DNA from: Azolla caroliniana
Lineage: Eukaryota > Plantae > Polypodiophyta
Length of the DNA stretch: 64,000 bases
Assembly (NCBI GenBank): GCA_043228905.1
Contig: JBHGNT010000012.1
Coordinates: forward strand, 10,044,001 to 10,108,000
Direction of reading: 5' to 3'
Shown: positions 50,223 through 61,567 of the stretch, one piece after another
Numbering within the stretch: the stretch's first letter is position 1
How the letters are laid out: each line of letters starts with the position of its first letter
Notes under the pieces: model-generated
Told to the model about the DNA's origin: nothing
The model's input: only the letters and a program-made list of their open reading frames with translations
The model's database searches: none
Made by a program: the position numbers and the translations under genes

Positions 50223-53200
50223 TATCGTGTTGTTATGCTCTCGCGTACGAAATAAGGCGGGACCGCGGGGACCCTAAACCGAGGAGCGTGAGAGAGGAGA
50301 GAGAGAGATAAAAACGAAAGAATCAATTCCAATAACAGTATAGATTACAGAGCTTGCAATGTTACAACCGGCCAGCCGGTGACAAACTCAACACAGACGA
50401 ACACACGAACTGAAATACACAATGGAGCCTCTACCGGAAGCAGATCAGGCTTTCACGCAGCAGAGGCAACCAACCTAACACAAAATCCCTACAGAAGCAA
50501 CGACGATAGTGGAGGAGAGAGCTCGGTTCCCAGTCCGACAACACTTCGTCCTGTCAGATATGCGTGATCCCTGTGTCTGTCTTCTCGCCTCCCTTATATA
50601 GGTCGTCGGGGAAGACCGTTACACCCTCGGTTACATACATTTATCCTTTGTCCCGTCGGACAGAGATACGCTTGGATTCCCTAGACAATTAATGCATACT
50701 ATCTAGTATATCTACATCACCTAAATCAGACCTAGTTATGTACAACTTAATAAATAGTGCGGCCACGCATAAGGGTCGGTTCCTGCGTCTTTCCCCCCAT
50801 TTCCTCCTATGGCCAGTTTTCTCCACGACATCCACCCCCACCAAACCGCGCATCCACCGGTATGCACCGGAGAGGAACAATTACTGGAGAAACCGGCTCA
50901 CCTCTACACGTCACTCCCCAATCCTTCGTCCGCTCCGTACCGATCATCATCGTCATCCTCGCTCCCAGGGTCCGGCTCGTCCTTGTGCCGCTTCTTGAAC
51001 GCCTTGATCCGCTTCCTGACTACCGGTACTATTAACCGCGTCCCGTCGAGCTCCGCAAGATGGTAGGTGCCATTGTTGTTCGCGCTCGTTACGGCGTACG
51101 GCCCGAACCACCTCCTCGCAAATTTGCGCGTCGCCTTGTGCTGGTTGTCGAGGTTGTTGTCGTATACCAACACCCAATCGCCTTCTTCAATCTTCTTCAG
51201 TCGGAGACGCGCCACGCGCAGCTTCTCCCTTGCTTGCTCTACGTCCTCCGGTCTCCGTTCAAGCTGTCGAATCCGGGCCGCCAACAACTCTTCCTGGCTC
51301 ATTTCGTTCCTCCAGCCCACCGCGGCTCACGAAGTGATTGCCCACTCCACCGGCATAATCGGTTTTTTCCCGTACATCAGCTCGGCCAGCATAAACCCAG
51401 TCACTGAACTGTGCGTAGTCCGGTCCGCCCAGAATGCGTAAGGTAGGAGCCGCGGCCAATTCCCGACCTGTCCTTCACACGCTGGCACCAACGCCTTCAC
51501 GATTGGGTTGTGCCCTCGTTCTATCTTCCTGTTCGCCTCTGAGTTTTACCCCGCGGTGAGGAAGAGCTTGACCCCTAGCCGGTGGAACAACTCTTCGGCT
51601 TCCTGTGCGTTCAGCTCCCCCCGATCTGCCACGATCTTCCCTACGCACCCGTACCAACACACCACGTCCTCAATCAGGAATTGGCACACCGCCGCAGTTG
51701 TCTTATTTTGTAGTGTGCGGCCCTCCACTTGGTACCGCATCAGGTACCGCATCTGTCCTACCCCCATCAGCATCGTCACCAAATCTACCATCCACTTGAA
51801 ATGGATGGTCAGGGGGTAGATCGGGTGCAGCTCGTCTCGTTGCCGGATCGTGGAGTGCATCTGGCAACTCTTGCGCGTCGTCACAAACCGGTGCACGTCC
51901 CGGTATAGCCCCCCCCACCAATACTTCTCCTTTAGCTTCTCGAATGTGGCCCAAAGACTCTCGTGGTATGCCACAAGCAACACCTCCCGCTCCTCCTTTC
52001 CTGCCACTATTCGTAGTGGGACGCCGCCTCTCTTCTTCGGAGGCATCCATAGGTTCCCGTCCCGCAGGAAGAACTGGTACGCTTTCTTCTAGACCCGGTT
52101 AGCTTCGTCTTTCGTCCACGTAGTGTCCGGCGTCATTGTCTTCAGGAATCTACCGATCCTGAGCCACTCCCCCTCATATTTCCCTTCGTGAAACTCATTA
52201 AGCATTCGGGAGCTACCTACCCTTGCCAAGTAAGCCGACTCGAAGAAGTCCTCGCCAACTTCTTCGCCCTCCGAAACCATGTCGTCCTCGTTGTTGAACC
52301 GCGCTCTGGAAAGCATGTCGGCCATGGCATTGTCCTTTTCGGAGATGTGTCGTATCTCCAGATTGAGGGACTTGATGTACGCGATCCACCTGAGCATTGC
52401 CAGGTCCAAGTCGCGCATCCGGAAACCATACCGAGAATTGGTAGGCAGTCCGTCTCGATTATTACTTCCATCCCGATTAGATAGTCCTTGTCGGCCTTAA
52501 TTGCCGAAACGATACCCCATAGCTCACGCTTGACTTGGGTGTACCCTCGTTGCCGCTCGCTCAATACCTTCACCCCGAACCGGATCGGGAATCGCACACC
52601 GCTCTCGTCCTCTTGATTGATCACCCATCCAATCCCGGTCGGGCTTGTGTCTATGGTTACATAGATGGGGACCTCCTTGCCATAAACCGTTTTTCAGAGA
52701 GGCAGTGCCGCGGTAAGCGCCTCTTTTAATCCCTGGACCGATTCCATATGTTCGTTACTACATTCATATTTCCGCCCTTTCTTTAGCAACCCGTAAAGCG
52801 GTTCCGCGACGTGTACGCAGTGCGGGATCCAAATGTGATAGAACGTGCATGCCCCTAGGAACCTTCGCACCTCCGTAACCGACTTGCATTCTTCCTTCAT
52901 CGTGGAGATGGCCTCTACCTTTGCTGGAGACGGTTTCCGGCCGTAAGGCCCGCACAGGTGACCGACCACAAGGATCTCCGACTGCCCGAAAGCCGACTTC
53001 TCTCCAGAGAAGGTGAGTTGTGCGCTCTCTAGCCTTTGTAGCACCCTTTCGCAGTCTTTGATGTGGTTCGCAACAAACCTCCGGCAACCGTCTCGTGCAA
53101 CCGACTCGTCCTTATCCTCCACGGACACCCTTTTATCAGTATGTTGTCCAAAATCGGCATGGTGATGTTCGGGATGCAGTCTCTCAGCACTTTAATCATA

Positions 53201-56200
53201 GCATTCACCATGTGCGTCACCGAGTTGGTCCCTCCCTGCCGCAAGGTACACATCTGCACTAGGCCGAGAGGAGTCCGCATCATCGTAATATCCCTGCTCT
53301 CCATGGTTAGTTGGATTTGGTCGTACCCCAAGTATATATCCCCAACCGAATAGATCGACCTTCCGGCAAAGGCCTCCGCAAACTCGTCAATGGTCGGCCC
53401 GATACCTGCATTTTGAATGGTCACTTTATAGACCGGTTGCAGGTCCTGAATGAAGCGCAGCGTGCCATTCTTCTTCGGCACAGTAAACCACCGATTCGAA
53501 TACGGGGCACTCGATGGTTCAAGGATGCCTATCTCCACTTTCTGCTTTAGCAACTCCATCAACTTCGGGATGTGAGCTCTGGGTACCGGAATTGGTTTGA
53601 GATTCCACGGCACATGCGGCACCGTGAATATCACCATCGGTTCTATGATCCTCGGGTCTACGCACCATATCTCCTCCGGCGAGAATGCGAAGGCTTTCCC
53701 ATGCCTTCCAAGCATCCTCCGAAACTGTTCCTCCTCCGCCGGCAGTAGAAACCCGCCACCACCAACCTTGAGCTCCCGCAATGTTATGTCGGTGAACCGG
53801 TGTCCTATACTGGCTGGATTCCACAAACTTGGGTCGGACGCGACCCCCTTCATCCACTCCCTGCTGCCCTCCGGCAAGGGAGTCGCGACTGGCCTCACCT
53901 TCCGGTCCACAATCTTGTACCTCGTATCCACTCGGGCCTTCCGATCCGACCCGACCCTTTCCTCGATGTTGGCAATGACTTCGTACATTTTTACCGAGCT
54001 AGCCGAAACCATCCGGTCTTAATTGAGGCCTTCTTCGGATACCTTCAATAATTCCCCTGAGGTGTCGTTGAAAGAGACCGCCTCCACAGCGCCGCTAATT
54101 TCCTCATCGGGGGTGAGGACTCCGGATGCCCTGATTCTTTCCTCCGCCCACTTCCTTTCCTGGCCGTTGATGCCGGTTACGATACAACCTCCGCTTTCGG
54201 AGAACCAAAACCTCCTACCTATTGTACACATGTGGGGTTTCTCCGGGGTGTCCGGACTATCGCGGAACCACGCCTTGATATCCCTCTCTAAAAATCCCCT
54301 CGGTTGTCGCCACCAAGGGTCTCGCGGTTATGCTCATGGTTCGGTCGTATGGTCAGGAATTGGACGAAGTGCCATCCGTCTTGGCTTTTGACGTGCGCGT
54401 ACGCCGAACCATTGTCAAGCACCTTTGTTTGCATGCCTGCCACCATAATGTACGGGGCGCCGAGTATCATCGGGTGCGAGGATGTCTCCTTCACGAAAAA
54501 GTGTTGATCAATCTCGACATCGCCGATCTTGACGCGCACATTTGGGCAGGCCCCGTGCAGCTCCTCCATAGTGTGTGTCACCGCGCGTATTTTCCAGTCG
54601 TGCTTGGTGTTGATCCGCGACTTCCCCTTCTTGTAAAATTCCATGGACATCAAGTTGATTTCTGAGATGTGGTCTATCAATGCCACCATTGGCTCCTGGA
54701 CGTCCCTGATCTGAACAGGGGTCTCCGTAGTGACTCTGGCCCAATGTGAGCTCAAATAGTGGCTTTCTGCCAACTTGTCTTCTAGGGCCACGTCTTCCAG
54801 GCGCGTCGTTTGCACCTCCACCGGCTTCTCCAGTTCCGGCTCCGTCGAGAGCCGTTTACGCTTCACCAAGTCCATGATGGAATCATGGAACTCCTTCATG
54901 GCGATTCCGAGCACCTCCCTCAGTGACAGCTCCACCTTGTTGTCCAGGATACGCTCTTCGAGGACCTTCCGCAGGTACGTTGACCTCTTAATCTCCATGC
55001 TCAATCGGTAATTGTCCTGCTTCGCTTTGTTCGGTGCATCGGGGTTATCGGCATCGTTTTGCTTCTGCCCAAACCGGGTCTCCTACCACTGCGAGGGACC
55101 GGCCCTTCCATCCTTACCCGCGCGTTCATCTCCCACCAGAACCTCATAGTTCTTGCACGCGGCTTCCACTAAGCCAGTCTTTTCCTCGACCGGATCGTCC
55201 CATCCGGCGACCTCCCGGATCCGCTGCTCTGCGTGATCCGCCTCTTCCTCCTTTAACCGGACCCCGGAGAGGCCCTTTAGCACCAGCAGCCAAAATCCGA
55301 AGTCTTTCACCTTCTGATCCTCGTCAGCCCCGACCCGGATCCCCACCAACGCCGAGTAGTGGATGGCCTCTGCATGTCGCGCCGCGGCTTCCTCCATCAA
55401 CCTTTTCATTCCTGCGTGCCTAGTATTCAACTCCAGGGCTTTCTGAGTCTCACTCGCGTGTACCCACCCATTCCAGAGGTTCACCATGTTAGTCCTGAGC
55501 ACTTCTATGAAATCCACGCACTCCTTCCGGTTGTGACCGACCGCGTCACATCACATGCACCGTTGCCCTATCGGCAGCCTTCAGTCTCGAGGTTGTTCGC
55601 CGTTGTCTCTCCGGGTCTGCGCGACCTGGAGATCCCACACCATTTGTGTCAGCTCCTCTAGAGCTAATCCCCTAGAGAGTCCCTTTGCCGCGTCGGATGG
55701 GCCCGCACTCGACTCCAGCCAAGTTCGAGTCTCATCTTTCCTTACCGACACAGCTCCTCGAACTTCCTTGCCAGGACCGGCCCTATTCTTGGCGATCCCT
55801 CGCCGCTCCATTCGCATCGTTTATCAAAATGACTATAGACTTGTTTTACCACGGCCCAATCTGTCGTGAGCCCTTCGTCCGTCTCCAATAGAAGACCCAC
55901 TTGATCCCGATCCCGCATGTCCACCATTTTGACAAACAACCAGACATGGCTCGTGTCTAGCACGGTCCTATCTAGTGCCGAGAGCCGTGCGAAGCGTTCT
56001 TCAAACTCCCGGAGGAGCGTGGATGCGTTCCTCCCCTTTCCAGGAGTCTCCACCCACTCCATGAAATCCCGCTTTGATAGCCGAAGCGAGTCATCGAGCC
56101 CGTATTTCTCGAGGATCCGACCTTCAAACTCTCCCCAGGTCCGACATCCAGCTTGTACCTCGAGCACCTCTACGTGAATGCCTACGGTCGCCACCCGAGG

Positions 56201-56350
56201 GAAACCGGCCAACCGCCTATCTTTCGGAATGTCCCTCATCACCATTTCGGCCCAATAGGCCTCCAAATAACTCGTGGCATTCTTTCCATTGAACCCGCCT
56301 ATCATGCTGACAATCGCTTCGATGGCCCTATCGTGGGCGCATATGCCCTC
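50223..56350 (-). mobile_element. Non-chromodomain Ty3/Gypsy K nested in RT of I; interrupted in gag by L
   Basis: 3' LTR approximately 50223-50787 (ends uncertain); PPT GGGGGGAAAG near 50789-50798; INT (VADRGE..RRWFGPY), RNase H, RT (YSNRWFTVPKKNG..QGGTNS), PR (ALIDHISEIN) and gag fragments. Confidence 0.9.
50904..56350 (-). pseudogene. gag-pol: gag-pol of Gypsy K, heavily disrupted
   Basis: ORF fragments 50904..51320, 51546..52046, 52089..52624, 52694..54012, 54288..55004, 55083..55517, 55742..56350. Confidence 0.85.
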
Positions 56351-56439
56351 TGTTGGGAACAAGGTCATCAGTGCGGAAGAACAGACAACATCTGTGATGG
56401 TGAAGAACCTGCGTATGCGAAGGAAAAAAAGATACACAT

Positions 56440-56470
<31 letters not shown>

Positions 56471-59400
56471 TAGGCACAAAGAAACGTTATATTTCTCAAT
56501 ATCAACGGTTACAAAATAACAACCAACCACACACTAAAGGTTACAAAGTCACTTTATATAGTGACTATCCTAGGGCAACTGCTCTTTATGCTATTTACAG
56601 ATATGGCCCAAACTTGGGTTGTCCAAAGGGACAATGTGAATACGGCCATTATACGCTCGTATTCGACACTCCCCCGTAATGGGCGTATACATGGGTTAGC
56701 TGAGATTACAAGTATAAACAAGGTTTATCGGACATATCGGTTTTGTTCGAGTCGGCAAGATCTGAAGACAGAAGACCAAATCGGTCAGGTCGGAAGAGCT
56801 AAAGTCAATCCTCAAAGAACCGATGTCGGTTGTCAGAAACCATCCTATGTTGTGTGTCCGACTTTAACCGGACCGATTTTTCGTTACGCCCATCTGGTGC
56901 CGAAGGGACCGGAAGCGGTCCGCTCTTAGACACTTGATCATTCCATCTGCGACATTATCGGTTGTGGATATCTTCTAGAGACCGATTTTCTGACGCAGTC
57001 CCGAACAAAGTGATATCGAACATCGATATGCTTGGAGGCATTGTGTTGAACTGGATTTATTGACAAAGCAACAACACCCTGATTGTCGTTGTAGGCAACT
57101 GGAGCCGAGTCAAGTTCGACTTGTCGAAACGTGTGCACCAACCGACCGAGCCATAAAGCTTCTTTTGTCGCGTCGGACGCAGCTACATATTCCACTTCGG
57201 TCATTGAGGTGGTTGTGCACTCTTGAAGTTTCACCTTCCACGAGATTTCTCCATTGCCGAATTTGAAACAATATCTGGTTGTTGATTTCCGACTGTCCAC
57301 GCAGCCGGTGAAGTCCGAGTCGGTGTAACCGACTACACCGGAGGTTGAGTTCAAGCCAAAAAGAATGTCGTGGTCTTTTGTGCCAGCTAGATATCGGAAC
57401 ACATGCTTGACTATGTTCCAGTGCAATCGGCCTGGGTTGTGCATGAATCTGCTGACGACTTCTACGACGTGAGAAATATCAGGCTGTGTCATGACCATCG
57501 CGTACATAAGGGAGCCGACTGCCGGTGCATAAGGTACCGACTTCATATCTTCCCCCTCCAGACTGAATGTCGGACAGTCTCGTTGAGACAGCCGAAGGTT
57601 AATGGGGAGTGGGGTCGAAGCAGACTTGGTCGAGTGCATGTTAAAGCGTTCCAAGACACGTCCGATGTAGTCGGTTTGAGACAAGAAAAGTTGTCGTTTA
57701 TCGCGATGCCGACTAATCTTCATACCAAGTATGTGTCTTGCCGGACCGAGGTCCTTCATGGAAAACTTCAACCGTAGTTTCCGAACGAGTTTGGTGAGCT
57801 CTCCGGCATGTTGGCCGGAGAGTAGCATGTCATCCACGTAAATGATGAGGAAGACAGGAGACCCGTCTTGAGTTGTTTTGGTGAAGAGACAATGGTCCTC
57901 ATCACTCTTGGAGAAGCCGACCGACTAGATGAAGTCGTCGAACTTCTTGTACCACTATCGGGGTGCCTATTTCAGGCCGTATAGACTCTTCCTGAGTCAG
58001 CAAACTAGATGTTCTTGACCGGATGCCATAAAGCCTTTCGGCTGCTCCATATAGATTTCCTCCTCTAGGTCACCGTGGAGGAATGCCATTTTAACATCTA
58101 GCTGAATCAGCTCCAAGTTGTCGGCGGCGACGACGCCGAGCATGCAACAAAGGGTTGTCATTTTCACCACTGGTGAAAAGATTTCGTCGAAGTCGATGCC
58201 ATATTCTTGTCGAAATCCCTTCGCAACTAATTTGGCCTTGTACTTTGGGGTGGTCGAGTCAGACGTCTCTTTTAGTCGATAGACCCATTTACACGGAAGA
58301 GCACATCGATTCTTCGGTAGTTCGACCAAGTCTCGAGTCTTGTTTGCGCGAATGGAGTGCATTTCCGACTCCATCGCCAGATGCCAGGTGGATGAGTCAG
58401 CAGATGTGGATGCTTCTTCGTAAGACGTCGGTTCGCCGGCGTCGGTAAAGAAGATTCCCGGAGAGTACCTCTCCGGAGGTTGTGACAGTCTCTCGGATCT
58501 GAGAGGTATGACTAGACTAGTCGCACCGGGTGTAGGTGTCGGATGGTCGGAAGCCGAGCCACTCGGCTGTGCTGAATCGGTGGATTTAGTGAGGGAGATG
58601 TCGGTTACCCGTGAAACCGATCTCGTGTTCTGGGTTGGCCCTTCATGAAGGGTTGGCACTTCGGAAAATATTACCCTTCGGACTTCAATACGCCTTTCAG
58701 CCATTTTATGCATAGCCGACTCGTTGAACACGACAACCGAACTTCAGACGATTTGTCTATGCTCAGGGTCCTAGAGTTGGTATCTGATCTCACCGTCGGG
58801 TCCATATCCAAGGAAAACGCATTTCCTCGATCGTGGTTCGAGTTTCCGGCAGTCGTCTTTCGGTATGAGGGCATACGCCTCGCAACCAAAGATCCTCAGC
58901 TTGTCATAATTCGGCTTACTGCCGCCGGTCCATGTTTCCTAAGGTATTTTAAGTCCTAGAGGTCTACTTGGCGACATATTTATTATGTGTATTGCCGTAA
59001 GTAGAGCCTTCGCCCACAAGCCATCCGACGGTCCGGAGTGTTGGAGCATAGATATTATGCGTTCTTGAATCGTCTGATTCATGCGTTCAACAATTCCATT
59101 CTGCTCCGGACGATAGGGTGCCGTATATTCACGTCAAATGCCGCGTTCCCGACAAAATTTGACGAATTCGTCAGACTTGAATTCTCCTCCATTATCGGTT
59201 CGGAGACATTTTAGTTTCCTACCGGTCTGGTTTTTGACCATTGCAAGCCATTCGGAGAAGATCGAGAACACCCGATCTTTGGTTCTAATGGGGTAAGCCC
59301 ACACCTTCCGAGTCGAGTCATCAATAAAATTGACGAAGTACGAAGCACCGCCGAGAGACTGATGTGGCATCGGGCCACAGATGTCCGAGTGGACCAAATC

Positions 59401-61567
59401 GAGGGGACTCGATTCTCTTGGTGTTGATGTCGGGTGTGATGCGGCTACCTGTTTGTTGTACTAGCAATGCTCGCAGAATTGGTGATCCGAGAAGGAGAGC
59501 TTGGGATGTAACCGGCTCTGGATAGGTGCGTTATGCCGGCCTTGCTGAGGTGTCCAAATCGTCCGTGCCATAACAATAACACGGGGATATCAACCAAAAA
59601 TAAGTCACCCTCTTTGAGTGTGACATATAAAGGCTACAAAGAGTTTACCTTTGGTCCTCGAGCAAGCAGGAGGTTCCCTTTGTGGAGTGTCCACCCTCCT
59701 GATGAGAACCCGGCACGGATGCCGGCTTCGTCAAGTTGTCCGACTGAGATCAAGGGTCTTGAAAGCTCAGGGACGTGTCAGACGTTGTGTAGTACGAGTG
59801 TAGAGCCACCCGGAAGGTTGAGCTCTACGGTGTCGATTCTGATTATGACACAGTGTTGCGAGTTCCCGACTCGAACTGAGTCGGAGTGCCGGTCCGAGTA
59901 TAGCCGAAACTGAGATCGGTGAGCTGTCACATGATAAGATGCGCCCGAGTCCAGGAGCCATGTGCTCGATTCCTCAGTCGTAAGCAAAACTTCTGATTCG
60001 ATTGGGTTCTCTATGGACAGTATGTTCGGGTCAATCGTCAAAATTTCGGCTGAAGAGCCGACGTAGTTGACCTCCTCATTCCGGCTACTCTTCTGATCCG
60101 CTCTTTGAGCTTTGTCGGTTTTTGCTTTGAGTGCCCGGTAGTCGGCTTTGATGTGTCCCGGTTTCTTGTAGTAGTTGCATATTCGGTTGTCCCGGGACTT
60201 GCTCCGGCTTCGCTGATTGTTCGGTGGTCGGGAAGAACTTCTTCCCCAGTTGTTCGATCGGTCGGTCGAACCTTGTACTACGTAAGCTTCATCTGCCGAG
60301 TCTTTGGCGAAACACTTTCTCCGAGCTGCTTCAGTCAGGATTGCGCTCGTGATTTTGGGGTACTTAATGGGAGTTGTTGAAGCATTGCACACGGTTGTGA
60401 CGAAAGTTTCCCAAGAGGAGGGGAGACTACTCATGAGTATCATTGCTCTGAGTTCATCCTCTATTGTCGTCCCCTGAGAAGATATTTGGGAGCTTAGGCT
60501 TTCGTACTCGTTGAGGTGTGCCTGAACCGAATCGGATTCTTTCATCCGCAGATTGTAGAAGCGCCGGATCAGATACATCTTCATCGCGGCGACCTTCTTT
60601 TCGTAAGTTTCCGACAGTGTTTTCCAAAGTTCAAAAGTTTTCGTGCATGATTGCACTGTGAAGTACACTGACTCTGACAAGTGCATCCGAATCATGGCGC
60701 GGACGATTCTATCCAGCTTTTGCCACTCGTTTGCCTTGTATGCTTCTGGAGGATTTTCATTCTCAATCAGGTCTATCTGACCCTTGACTATGAGATAGTC
60801 TTGCATTTGTTCCTTCCAAAAGTTGAAGTTCGAACCGTCGAACCTCCTTAGACTCATCTCCGATGAGCCAAATGTTGATGCCATCTGATTTGGTTTCGGT
60901 TGGTAAGACTCTGTTCGGAGTTTACTAGGAACCTTAGTGGAGTGCAGCCAGTCGGCTCACCTGATATCGTTCTAGTCGGTTTGGTTTCGGATACTTGTTG
61001 CTGAACTGGCTTGGAGTAACTCCAGCAACTTGAGGGACAGAACCGGTTGCTCTTCCCGAATGTTGCCGAGTCGAAGGGAGCCTGGTTAGCTTCTCATTGT
61101 ATGCCAAATACCGATTACAAGAAACCGATTGTTTGGGTCGATTCTGCTTCGGATGACTGTAGTGATGAGAGGGACAGATCCAACTGATCCTCCCGAATGT
61201 CGATCAGCCGAATGAAAAACGAATTTGGTTGTTGCCAGGAGACCAATTTGCAGCGGGTGGTTACAACAAGCGGGTGAATAGCGTCCGGTGACATATTCGG
61301 ATGTCGTTTAACTGAATGAAGCACGATTGGGTCGGGTGTTGCACAGGGAGCTCGCCTCAAGTGGTTACAATCACAGGAACATAGTACAACCGGTTAGCTT
61401 ACTCCAATTAGTGATTTAACATAGTGAGATGCAAACTTCTTGTTTGTCTTCTCTCTTCTCTGTTCTTCAAGAAGTTACACAAAAAAAATAGAATGTTGTT
61501 GTGTACGATGATGGCCGGCAGCGGGTTGAAGAACCTCCAACGCTCTGATACCAAATGTTGGGAACAA
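56351..61567 (-). mobile_element. Ty1/Copia element L (same family as E) nested in gag of K; 5' LTR interrupted by M
   Basis: 3' LTR 56351-56668, PPT 56669-56675, PBS 61542-61553. Only 12 bp of the 5' LTR (TGTTGGGAACAA, 61556-61567) precede M. Confidence 0.94.
56884..60884 (-). pseudogene. gag-pol: gag-pol of Copia L, disrupted
   Basis: ORFs 59778..60884 (gag-PR), 59134..59397 (INT), 57997..58731 and 56938..57837 (RT-RH), colinear with E. Confidence 0.9.

Noticed and set aside
56351-56530. Hydrophobic N-terminus of ORF 55742..56530 as a membrane protein
   Set aside because: Artefact of reading from the (CT)n tract of the L LTR into the interrupted gag of K.
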